From a virus (Duplodnaviria; Caudoviricetes), in the IMG/VR virus record IMGVR_UViG_3300009095_000063, positions 1-26,074 of that record: a stretch of DNA of 26,074 nucleotides; one strand, given 5' to 3'. The notes below the pieces were generated by a model. The model did no database searches, had not been told where the DNA came from, and saw only the letters and a list, made by a program, of their open reading frames with translations. The translations under genes were made by a program, and so were the position numbers. Below are positions 26,074-26,074 of this stretch, in pieces (within the stretch, counting starts at the first letter, position 1; every line of letters begins with the position of its first letter).

Positions 26074-26074
26074 A

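Noticed and set aside
1-26074. Genome-wide stop-codon reassignment
   Set aside because: TAA, TAG and TGA all terminate well-defined genes here, including many ATGA overlaps; the two internal stops are of different types.
1-26074. tRNA genes, CRISPR arrays, long direct repeats and the remaining short antisense ORFs
   Set aside because: None seen by eye; intergenic gaps are short or explained by the intron, frameshift extension and spike tail, and the short opposite-strand ORFs lie within well-supported genes.

Overview
A 26 kb segment of a lytic, contractile-tailed dsDNA phage (myovirus) infecting a Gram-negative host, judged from the two-component spanin and SAR-type endolysin; the host genus cannot be fixed from this window. 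The + strand (1-9009) carries a nucleotide-metabolism cluster (dNMP kinase, MazG-like protein, thioredoxin, ThyX-like protein, nrdA, nrdB). It then has a promoter-led three-gene membrane module (small TM protein, headless type IV pilin mimic, SPFH protein) and an array of small diverged paralogs. The - strand (9071-26074) carries the tail, baseplate, fibre and lysis genes, converging on a terminator near 9040. Main findings: (1) an 877-nt group I intron with an HNH homing endonuclease splits the tape measure gene, and has an internal promoter plus an RBS-sequestering hairpin; (2) a phage-encoded mimic of the major-pilin N-terminal helix; (3) a -1 frameshift in the tail chaperone; (4) in-frame stop codons in two structural genes; (5) a five-member small-protein paralog array. 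All calls come from reading motifs by eye; no database search was run.
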